Assembly (NCBI RefSeq): GCF_055900595.2
Contig: NZ_CM148325.1
Length of the DNA: 64,000 nucleotides
Strand: one strand, 5' to 3'
Both the position numbers and the translations under genes were made by a program. Within the stretch, counting starts at the first letter, position 1. The number at the start of each line of letters is the position of its first letter. Positions 10,229 through 18,603 of the stretch are shown one piece after another. The notes below the pieces were generated by a model. The model had not been told where the DNA came from, searched no databases, and was given only the letters and a program-made list of their open reading frames with translations.

Positions 10229-10788
10229 TGCCATCTCGTTGGATTTTCGCTCTGATCATCGCACTCTTAGCGCCAGGCGCGGTGGCACACAATTTCGTCA
10301 CTGGTAAAACGGTTACCCCTGTTTATATCCAGGAAGGCGGTGAGTTGCTTCTGAATAGCGACGACGAAATTCACTACCAAAAGTGGAACAGCACACAGCT
10401 GGCGGGAAAAGTCCGCATTATTCAGTATATCGCCGGGCGTAAGTCGGCGAAGAAAAAGAACTCACTGTTAATTAAAGCGGTTGAAGCGGCAAACTTTCCG
10501 CAGGATCGTTTTCAGCCCACCACCATTGTGAACACCGATGATGCCATCTTTGGTACCGACTATTTTGTCGTTGGCAAAATCGAAAAAAATAAACGCCGCT
10601 ATCCATGGGCGCAATTCGTTATTGACGGCAATGGACAGGGACGTGTTGCCTGGCGCTTGCCGGAGCAGAGTTCAACCATTCTGGTGCTGAATAAAAACGG
10701 GCAAATTCAGTGGGCAAAGGACGGCAGCCTGACGCCGGAAGAGGTAGATCATGTCATTGCGCTGGCGCAGAAGCTGATCAATGAATAA
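10228..10788 (+). CDS. YtfJ-family periplasmic protein
   Basis: 186 aa with N-terminal signal peptide (MPSRWIFALIIALLAPGAVAHNF). Strong resemblance over the whole length to remembered E. coli YtfJ (...KTWNS.QL.GKVR..Q.IAGR.SAK..N..LI.A...A..P.DR.Q.TTIVNTDDAI...YPW.QF..D.NG... QWAKDG.LTPEEV...). Confidence 0.7.
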   Translation: MPSRWIFALIIALLAPGAVAHNFVTGKTVTPVYIQEGGELLLNSDDEIHYQKWNSTQLAGKVRIIQYIAGRKSAKKKNSLLIKAVEAANFPQDRFQPTTIVNTDDAIFGTDYFVVGKIEKNKRRYPWAQFVIDGNGQGRVAWRLPEQSSTILVLNKNGQIQWAKDGSLTPEEVDHVIALAQKLINE

Positions 10789-10818
10789 AAAACTCAAAGG
10801 ATTGAGGGCGTTAGTGAG

Positions 10819-11889
10819 ATGAAGCTGGTTGAACACTACATCATGCGTGGTACGCGCCGTCTGGTGCTGATTATCGTCGGTTTTCTGATCTTTATTTTCG
10901 CCAGCTACTCCGCACAGCGTTATCTGACCGAAGCGGCAAATGGGACATTAGCTCTTGATGTTGTGCTGGATATCGTTTTCTACAAAGTGCTGATTGCACT
11001 GGAGATGCTGTTACCTGTTGGACTATATGCTTCAGTTGGCGTGACGCTAGGGCAAATGTATACCGACTCGGAAATTACCGCTATCTCCGCGGCGGGGGGC
11101 AGTCCGGGACGCTTGTACAAAGCCGTTCTTTATCTGGCGATACCGCTAAGTATTTTTGTCACCCTTCTGTCGATGTATGGTCGTCCGTGGGCTTATGCGC
11201 AGATTTATCAACTGGAGCAACAGTCACAGTCGGAGCTGGATGTTCGCCAGTTGCGGGCAAAGAAATTTAACACTAACGATAACGGACGAATGATCCTTTC
11301 GCAGACGGTTGATCAGGATAATAATCGCCTGACTGACGCGCTGATTTATACTTCTACTGCCAATCGAACCCGCATTTTCCGCGCCCGTTCGGTTGATGTG
11401 GTTGACCCATCACCTGAGAAACCGACCGTTATGTTGCATAACGGGACCGCCTATCTTCTCGATCATCAGGGGCGTGACGACAACGAACAGATCTACCGTA
11501 ATCTGCAATTACATCTGAATCCGCTGGATCAAAGCCCTAACGTCAAACGCAAAGCAAAATCGGTCACGGAGCTGGCGCGCTCCGCCTTTCCTGCCGATCA
11601 TGCCGAACTGCAATGGCGACAAAGCCGTGGCCTGACAGCATTGTTGATGGCGCTGCTGGCCATTTCATTAAGTCGGGTAAAACCGCGGCAAGGGCGATTT
11701 TCAACGTTATTGCCACTGACGTTGCTGTTTATTGCCATTTTTTATGGCGGCGACGTCTGCCGTACGCTGGTGGCTAACGGCGCGATTCCCCTCATTCCTG
11801 GTTTGTGGTTAGTACCCGGACTCATGCTAATGGGCCTGCTGATGCTGGTCGCACGCGACTTCTCTTTGCTGCAGAAATTTTCCCGATGA
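10819..11889 (+). CDS. LptF/LptG-family (YjgP/YjgQ) permease, paralog 1
   Basis: 356 aa; N-terminal 3-TM bundle, central soluble (periplasmic beta-jellyroll-like) region, C-terminal TM bundle with RQGRFS motif reminiscent of LptF/LptG (NPRQGR); located outside the canonical lptFG locus. Confidence 0.75.
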   Translation: MKLVEHYIMRGTRRLVLIIVGFLIFIFASYSAQRYLTEAANGTLALDVVLDIVFYKVLIALEMLLPVGLYASVGVTLGQMYTDSEITAISAAGGSPGRLYKAVLYLAIPLSIFVTLLSMYGRPWAYAQIYQLEQQSQSELDVRQLRAKKFNTNDNGRMILSQTVDQDNNRLTDALIYTSTANRTRIFRARSVDVVDPSPEKPTVMLHNGTAYLLDHQGRDDNEQIYRNLQLHLNPLDQSPNVKRKAKSVTELARSAFPADHAELQWRQSRGLTALLMALLAISLSRVKPRQGRFSTLLPLTLLFIAIFYGGDVCRTLVANGAIPLIPGLWLVPGLMLMGLLMLVARDFSLLQKFSR

Positions 11890-12965
11890 ATGTTTTCAGC
11901 CGCTATTTAATCCGTCATCTCTTTCTCGGTTTTGCCGCCGCCGCAGGGCTATTGCTGCCGCTTTTTACCACCTTCAACCTGATTAACGAACTGGATGATG
12001 TCGGCCCGGGCGGTTATCGCTGGACCCAGGCGGTGCTGGTGGTGCTGATGACCTTACCGCGCACACTGGTCGAACTTTCGCCGTTTATCGCCTTATTGGG
12101 AGGGATTGTCGGCCTGGGGCAACTATCGAAAAACAGTGAGCTTACCGCCATTCGCAGCACGGGGTTTTCTATCTTCCGTATTGCACTGGTGGCGCTGGTT
12201 GCCGGGATATTGTGGACTGTTTCGTTAGGCGCGATAGATGAGTGGGTGGCGTCGCCATTGCAGCAACAGGCGCTGCAAATCAAATCGACTGCCACCGCGT
12301 TGGGGGAGGACGATGACATTACCGGCAATATGCTTTGGGCCAGGCGCGGTAATGAATTTGTGACGGTGAAATCGCTGAACGAGCAGGGCCAGCCTGTGGG
12401 CGTGGAGATATTTCATTATCGCGACGATCTCTCGCTCGAATCCTACATTTTTGCACGCAGTGCCTCCATTGAAGACGACAAAACATGGATCCTGCATGGT
12501 GTGAATCATAAAAAATGGTTGAATGGCAAAGAAACGCTGGAAACATCAGATAATCTTACCTGGCAATCGGCCTTCACCAGTATGAATCTTGAAGAGTTAT
12601 CGATGCCGGGAAATACTTTTTCTGTCCGTCAACTTAATCATTACATCCATTATTTGCAGGAAACTGGGCAACCCAGCAGCGAATACCGCCTTGCACTGTG
12701 GGAAAAACTGGGACAACCCATCCTGACCCTGGCGATGATTTTGCTGGCTGTGCCGTTTACCTTTAGTGCCCCGCGTTCGCCTGGGATGGGTAGCCGTCTC
12801 GCTGTAGGCGTCATCGTGGGCTTACTTACCTGGATCAGCTATCAAATCATGGTCAATCTGGGATTGCTATTTGCGTTGAGCGCACCTGTTACCGCGCTCG
12901 GTTTACCGGTAGCGTTTGTGCTGGTGGCGTTGAGCCTGGTGTATTGGTATGACAGACAACATTAA
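11886..12965 (+). CDS. LptF/LptG-family (YjgP/YjgQ) permease, paralog 2
   Basis: Start set at ATG 11886 (MNVFSRYLIRHLF...), overlapping the upstream stop by 4 nt (ATGA); same TM-soluble-TM architecture as the upstream gene. Confidence 0.75.
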   Translation: MNVFSRYLIRHLFLGFAAAAGLLLPLFTTFNLINELDDVGPGGYRWTQAVLVVLMTLPRTLVELSPFIALLGGIVGLGQLSKNSELTAIRSTGFSIFRIALVALVAGILWTVSLGAIDEWVASPLQQQALQIKSTATALGEDDDITGNMLWARRGNEFVTVKSLNEQGQPVGVEIFHYRDDLSLESYIFARSASIEDDKTWILHGVNHKKWLNGKETLETSDNLTWQSAFTSMNLEELSMPGNTFSVRQLNHYIHYLQETGQPSSEYRLALWEKLGQPILTLAMILLAVPFTFSAPRSPGMGSRLAVGVIVGLLTWISYQIMVNLGLLFALSAPVTALGLPVAFVLVALSLVYWYDRQH

Positions 12966-12999
12966 ACCCGCCGTGGCGCAACACCACAGCGGGCTCACA

Positions 13000-14172
13000 T
13001 TACTGCTTCAGAGTAGCGAACGCTTGAATGATGGCATCAATTTGCTCACGACTGTGGGCAGCGTTTACGCTACAGCGCAGCAGCGTGATGCCTGCAGGCG
13101 CGGCAGGTGGCAGGATAAGATTCACATAAACGCCCAGCGAAATAAGCTCGCGCCAGATGCGTAAACCTTCCTCTTTCGAACCGATTATTACTGGCACTAC
13201 CGGGCTAATATGTGAACTTAACTCATAATCCAGTTTTTGCAGACCGTCATACAGATGGTTGGCATTATCCATCAGCTTTTGCCGCAACTCTGGTTGTGAG
13301 GCAATGGTTCTTAACGACGAGCGCACGGTCGCAATGCAGGACGGAGAAGGAGAGGCGGTAAAAATATACGGGCGGCTGCCGTAGCGCAACACTTCCATCG
13401 CTTCCGAACCGACAGCAAAACCGCCAATCGAGGCCAGACTTTTACTGAAGGTACCAACGATAATATCCACATCATCTTCAACGCCAACGGCTTCAGCCAG
13501 TCCGCGCCCCGTTGCGCCTAACACGCCAAACGAATGCGCTTCATCGACAATCAAATAACCACCGAGACGACGTTTGATATCAACAATTTCCGCCAGCGGC
13601 GCAACGTCACCGAGCATACTGTAGATGCCTTCAACGATGATAATCGCCTCTTTTGCCCGTTCACCGAGGCGAACCATGCGCCGTTCCAGATCTTTAGCAT
13701 CGTTATGGCGGAAACGAATAATTTCCGCGCCACCGAGAGAACAGGCGTCATAAATACTGGCGTGGCTGTCGGCATCCAGTAACACCACGGCGTTATGGTC
13801 GGCAAGTGCGCTGATGACGCCTAAATTAGCGGTATAACCGGTTGAAAAAACGATAGCGGTAGGGCGATTAAAAAACTCGGCGATCTCTTTCTCTAACGCC
13901 AGATGCGGCGCATAACTGCCGTTTGCCATACGAGAACCGGTGGTGCCGGTGCCTTGGGCCGCTAACGCTGCCTGACCTTCGGCGATGGCATCATGATTAA
14001 AGGTTAAACCGAGATAATTATTGGTCCCGGCCAGAATCACTTTTTTATTGCCGATCCGACCTTCGGTGGCGGAATACACTTCATCAATACAGGTGCCAAA
14101 CGGTGTTAACCCGTTGTCACTAAATTGCAGTCGCTCGCCAGCAAGGCGCGCATATTTATCGTATAGCCCCAT
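13000..14172 (-). CDS. PLP-dependent alpha-oxoamine synthase (serine palmitoyltransferase / BioF / Kbl family)
   Basis: 390 aa; family-typical N-terminal GSRMANGSY.....LE.E.A.F, and PLP-lysine motif ...IVGTFSKSLASIGGF...; start overlaps the stop of the upstream carrier-protein gene. Confidence 0.85.
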   Translation of the reverse strand: MGLYDKYARLAGERLQFSDNGLTPFGTCIDEVYSATEGRIGNKKVILAGTNNYLGLTFNHDAIAEGQAALAAQGTGTTGSRMANGSYAPHLALEKEIAEFFNRPTAIVFSTGYTANLGVISALADHNAVVLLDADSHASIYDACSLGGAEIIRFRHNDAKDLERRMVRLGERAKEAIIIVEGIYSMLGDVAPLAEIVDIKRRLGGYLIVDEAHSFGVLGATGRGLAEAVGVEDDVDIIVGTFSKSLASIGGFAVGSEAMEVLRYGSRPYIFTASPSPSCIATVRSSLRTIASQPELRQKLMDNANHLYDGLQKLDYELSSHISPVVPVIIGSKEEGLRIWRELISLGVYVNLILPPAAPAGITLLRCSVNAAHSREQIDAIIQAFATLKQ

Positions 14173-14420
14173 TATTTATTCTCCAGCCATGGAAGTAGTG
14201 TTTCCATTAATTGCGCAGGGGTTTTGACATCCAGCAGAATATTAATAGGAATGGAAATATCGAATCTGTCTTCCAGCATCATTAAGAGATCCATCACTTT
14301 GATCGACTCCAGGCCAAGATCGTTGACGAGATCGCTGTCGGGCTTAATTTCCACACCGTTTTCGACCAAATCCTGTAAACAGGAAAGGATGTAATCCATT
14401 ACTATTTCACGATTTACCAT
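14172..14420 (-). CDS. Acyl carrier protein (phosphopantetheine-binding)
   Basis: 82 aa, acidic, with DLGLESIKVMDLLMMLEDRF resembling the ACP DSL/ESx attachment-site helix. Confidence 0.8.
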   Translation of the reverse strand: MVNREIVMDYILSCLQDLVENGVEIKPDSDLVNDLGLESIKVMDLLMMLEDRFDISIPINILLDVKTPAQLMETLLPWLENK

Positions 14421-14451
14421 AGAAACGTTAACACACCTTTAAACAAGACAA

Positions 14452-15366
14452 TCAAAATAGCCCGTTGCGTAATGCGTGTTCCAGGCTAATCCCGGGAAAC
14501 CAATTAATATCTTCAGAAATACGGTTATTACTTGCTGACCAGTCGGCGTGGGTTAATTCACGGATTTTCGAGCGGGTCAGCATAGGTTCTTTACCTGCCA
14601 GGCGACTCAACGCGGTACTGATATCCGCAAGGCAGGTGAGTACCGACAGAGGAATACCAACCATTCGAACGGAACCGCAACGGGCGTCGGCGGCAAGTTG
14701 CTGTACGCGTTGCCAGTCATAGCCGCCGGCGACGCCATCGCATAATTCATAGGTTTGCGTCTGTACAGTTTCGGCGCTTAACCACTGCCCCACGGCTTGC
14801 GCGAAATCGGTGACGTGCAGGAAAGAGAGCTGTGTATCTGGCGCACCAAGTCGTGGCAGCAGGCCGCGCAGCATCCAGTCAAACAGCGGTTTTAACTCTT
14901 TATCGCCGGGACCATACACGGCTGTCGGGCGAAAAATGCCCAGCGTAATTTCGTCAGCCATTGCGGTCAGTCGTTGTTCGGCGACGTGTTTGGAATTTGC
15001 GTACCAGGAGAGTTCGGGATGACGCGCCGCCAGCGAAGAGATAAACAGAAAACGTTGGCAAAAGCCGCTCTCTTTTGCCGCTTGCATCAGGCGCAGGCTG
15101 CCGTCAACGTTACAGCGGGTAAAAATCTCTTCTTTGTGTCCGCGCACTTGTCCGGCGCAATGGACCACCGCGCTGGCTCCGGCAACCAGTTCGCTAAGCG
15201 AATGTGTATCTTCCAGCGAACCGCGCACCCAGATGAGATTATCATTGACGTGAGCGCGGGCAGTACGCGTCAATGCGCGAACGTGAAAGCCGCGGGCGAG
15301 CAGGTTATCGATAATATATTTACCGATAAACCCGGTAGCGCCCGTCACCGCGACAGTTTGATTCAT
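14452..15366 (-). CDS. NAD(P)-dependent epimerase/dehydratase-family (extended SDR) reductase
   Basis: 304 aa with N-terminal Rossmann motif VAVTGATGFIGKYI; 4-nt overlap with the upstream AMP-ligase gene. Confidence 0.8.
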   Translation of the reverse strand: MNQTVAVTGATGFIGKYIIDNLLARGFHVRALTRTARAHVNDNLIWVRGSLEDTHSLSELVAGASAVVHCAGQVRGHKEEIFTRCNVDGSLRLMQAAKESGFCQRFLFISSLAARHPELSWYANSKHVAEQRLTAMADEITLGIFRPTAVYGPGDKELKPLFDWMLRGLLPRLGAPDTQLSFLHVTDFAQAVGQWLSAETVQTQTYELCDGVAGGYDWQRVQQLAADARCGSVRMVGIPLSVLTCLADISTALSRLAGKEPMLTRSKIRELTHADWSASNNRISEDINWFPGISLEHALRNGLF

Positions 15367-17111
15367 GCCAGGGATTCCTGCACATGAAGGCTTGCAGCAT
15401 AAGCCTTCTGATAACGTTTTTTCGCTTCCGCACGGGCAGGCTTGCCGGAGGACGTTCGGGGAATACTGTGGGGCGGCAACAGATCGATAGCCGCGGTTAC
15501 GCCAAATTCGCTTTGGATCCGTGCTGCCAGTGCGTGGATAAGCTGCCCACGACGTTCTTCGTCGCTGATCCTACACTGGATCTGCAGAATGATTTTTTCC
15601 TGGGCGGTAACAAAAGCAATCGCATCGCCAGAATGAATTTCCGGTTCCTGTTCCGCAATATATTCAATATCCTGCGGCCAGATATTACGGCCACGAATAA
15701 TAATCAGATCTTTAATGCGTCCGGTGACATACAGATAACCGTCCAGCAGATAACCGAGGTCGCCGGTATCTAACCAGCCCGTCGCGGCAATCTCGTCTTG
15801 CGAAACCTGGTCGCCAAAGTAACCGCTCATCAGGCTGGGGCCGGAGATGCAAATATGGCCTACCACACGTTCCGCGACCGGCATACCTGCTTCATTGCGG
15901 ATTTCAATGCCATGTTCCGGCAACGCTTTACCGCAGTTGACGAAAGTCGATACGGCGCGTGTTTCAGCACCCGGCGCGACGGCTTTGCCCTGATATTCAA
16001 GGATGTCGCGATCCACTTCGTTAACCACAACCCCGGAGGCTTCATCAGAGAAGCTGACAGCCAGCGCATTTTCTGCCAGTCCGTAGCACGGCATGAACGT
16101 TTTATCGTCAAAGTTAACCTGACGGAAACATTCAGCGAATTGATGGAGTTGTTCTGCGGAGATGGGTTCTGCACCAATACCAGCGACGCGCCAGCAGGAA
16201 AGATCCAGTTCAGCGAGATCTTTTTCATTCACGCGGCGCTGGCACAATTCATAGCCAAACGGCGGCGCAACGGAAACGGTGCCGCGATTTTTACTGATCA
16301 ATTTAAGCCATTGCAGAGGACGCATGGCAAAATCCTGAGTGCGCAAATAATCTACTGAAAGCTGCGTGGCGACGGGGGTCAGGAGAAAGCCGACCAGTCC
16401 CATATCATGGTAGAAAGGCAGCCAGGAGACGCAGCGGTCGCCAGGGCGTAATTTAATGCCATCGTGGCTTATAGCACGTAGATTAGCCATCACTTCGCGA
16501 TGGGTGATAATGACGCCACGGGGAAAACGGGTGCTGCCGGAGGTGTACTGGAGGTAGGCGATATCGTTCGGAACTGGATGCTGGAGTGCAACATCGGCTT
16601 CCGGTAATGCCTTAAACCAGGCGTGGCTTAAAACATGTAATTCGGGGTTGTTATGCGTAGCGGCATTGACCAGTGGCAACCACTCATCACCAGTGATAAT
16701 GGCTGCGGGCTGGCAACTTGCCAGTAAACCCTGCAGTTTGGCGCTCCAGGAATCCCGCTGACCGATGCCCATTGGAATCGCCAACGGGACGGCGACTAAG
16801 CCGGCATACTGGCAGGAAAAAAAAGCCTCTACGAACCCGCTACTGGTTTCGGCAATCAGCGCCACGCGATCGCCTTTTTTCAGGTTCAGCGATAACAACC
16901 GCTTCGCACCAGCTTCGGCACGCGCTTTTAACGTCTGATATTCCAGTTGATCTTCAAGTTGGCAACGTCTGTCATAAAAATTCATTCCGGCGCTACTCAG
17001 AGCGGCGTAGTCCAAAGCATCAACCAGCGTTGGAAAATCGGCATAGCGCATAGGTAGGGAATGCGTAAAGATTTTATTAGACATATACACCACGAAAAAA
17101 TTGGATATCAA
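15363..17111 (-). CDS. AMP-dependent synthetase/ligase (fatty-acyl-AMP ligase / acyl-ACP synthetase-like)
   Basis: 582 aa with the adenylate-forming signature YTSGSTRFPRGV (consensus YTSGSTGxPKGV) and downstream GYG/ETG-type core motifs; exact start (17111 vs 17084) uncertain. Confidence 0.85.
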   Translation of the reverse strand: MISNFFVVYMSNKIFTHSLPMRYADFPTLVDALDYAALSSAGMNFYDRRCQLEDQLEYQTLKARAEAGAKRLLSLNLKKGDRVALIAETSSGFVEAFFSCQYAGLVAVPLAIPMGIGQRDSWSAKLQGLLASCQPAAIITGDEWLPLVNAATHNNPELHVLSHAWFKALPEADVALQHPVPNDIAYLQYTSGSTRFPRGVIITHREVMANLRAISHDGIKLRPGDRCVSWLPFYHDMGLVGFLLTPVATQLSVDYLRTQDFAMRPLQWLKLISKNRGTVSVAPPFGYELCQRRVNEKDLAELDLSCWRVAGIGAEPISAEQLHQFAECFRQVNFDDKTFMPCYGLAENALAVSFSDEASGVVVNEVDRDILEYQGKAVAPGAETRAVSTFVNCGKALPEHGIEIRNEAGMPVAERVVGHICISGPSLMSGYFGDQVSQDEIAATGWLDTGDLGYLLDGYLYVTGRIKDLIIIRGRNIWPQDIEYIAEQEPEIHSGDAIAFVTAQEKIILQIQCRISDEERRGQLIHALAARIQSEFGVTAAIDLLPPHSIPRTSSGKPARAEAKKRYQKAYAASLHVQESLA

Positions 17112-17454
17112 AAATAAAATGACAATAATGCGGTGGATTATATAGGCATAAAAGATAAATGAGATAGTATTTTCATCAGTGTGAAAATGAACATTGATTT
17201 AAATAATGAGTTTGAGTTTTTTGTTTTTATTGTGAATGATATTTAATTTATGAATGTATTAAGAAGAAGCCTTGTCCGGTCGCCTTAAATCGACAAAAGG
17301 CATTGTGGCGCTTCTGTGTAGTCTCTGACCTTATCGTAATCATTAATAAATGCTATTTATTCGTCGTTTGTATTCATTGGGTTGATTATTAAGGTGCCGT
17401 TCGTTGCTGTTGCAACCTGTTTGTCACCGTTAATTATTTGTTACCCACAGAACT

Positions 17455-18597
17455 ATGGAATGCGATCTGCTGATGATTAAAATTGAAAAAGTAATTAATA
17501 AAAATGACCTTAAGGCATTTATCGCTTTTCCGTCATCACTTTATCCCGACGATCCAAACTGGATACCCCCTTTATTCATTGAACGCAACGAGCATTTGTC
17601 TGCGAAAAATCCGGGGACGGACCATATCATCTGGCAGGCGTGGGTGGCAAAAAAAGCCGGGCAGATAGTTGGGCGAATTACCGCGCAAATCGATACCTTG
17701 CACCGTGAGCGTTACGGTGAAGATACCGGTCATTTCGGCATGATTGACGCCATTGATGATCCGCAGGTTTTTGCCGCGTTGTTTGGCGCAGCGGAAGCGT
17801 GGTTGAAGTCACAAGGTGCAAGTAAGATCAGCGGTCCTTTCAGCCTGAATATCAATCAGGAAAGCGGATTACTGATTGAAGGTTTCGATACACCACCCTG
17901 TGCGATGATGCCGCACGGTAAACCGTGGTATGCCGCGCATATTGAACAATTGGGTTATCACAAAGGCATTGATTTACTAGCGTGGTGGATGCAGCGAACC
18001 GATCTCACTTTCTCTCCGGCGCTAAAAAAACTGATGGATCAGGTGCGTAAGAAGGTGACCATTCGCTGCATCAATCGCCAGCGGTTTGCCGAAGAGATGC
18101 AGATCCTGCGTGAGATTTTCAACTCTGGCTGGCAGCACAACTGGGGATTTGTGCCGTTTACCGAACATGAATTCGCGACTATGGGCGATCAACTTAAATA
18201 TCTGGTGCCGGACGATATGATCTACATCGCTGAGATTGATTCTGCACCCTGCGCGTTTATTGTTGGCTTGCCAAACATCAACGAGGCGATTGCCGATCTG
18301 AACGGATCGCTCTTTCCCTTCGGCTGGGCAAAATTGCTGTGGCGTTTAAAAGTCAGCGGTGTGCGAACTGCGCGAGTACCGCTGATGGGCGTGCGGGACG
18401 AGTATCAGTTTAGCCGCATCGGCCCGGTGATTGCGCTGTTATTGATTGAAGCCTTACGCGATCCGTTTGCCCGCCGGAAGATCGATGCGCTGGAAATGTC
18501 ATGGATCCTCGAAACCAATACAGGCATGAATAACATGCTGGAACGCATTGGGGCAGAGCCGTACAAGCGTTACCGATTGTATGAAAAGCAGATTTGA
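17455..18597 (+). CDS. yghO: YghO-family protein, intact; possible GNAT-like N-acyltransferase
   Basis: 380-aa intact ORF where K-12 (as I recall) carries only a yghO pseudogene next to glcC; acyltransferase assignment is my inference from fold-like sequence features, not a motif I can pin down. Start could also be Met at 17473. Confidence 0.65.
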   Translation: MECDLLMIKIEKVINKNDLKAFIAFPSSLYPDDPNWIPPLFIERNEHLSAKNPGTDHIIWQAWVAKKAGQIVGRITAQIDTLHRERYGEDTGHFGMIDAIDDPQVFAALFGAAEAWLKSQGASKISGPFSLNINQESGLLIEGFDTPPCAMMPHGKPWYAAHIEQLGYHKGIDLLAWWMQRTDLTFSPALKKLMDQVRKKVTIRCINRQRFAEEMQILREIFNSGWQHNWGFVPFTEHEFATMGDQLKYLVPDDMIYIAEIDSAPCAFIVGLPNINEAIADLNGSLFPFGWAKLLWRLKVSGVRTARVPLMGVRDEYQFSRIGPVIALLLIEALRDPFARRKIDALEMSWILETNTGMNNMLERIGAEPYKRYRLYEKQI

Positions 18598-18603
18598 TGG
18601 CAG

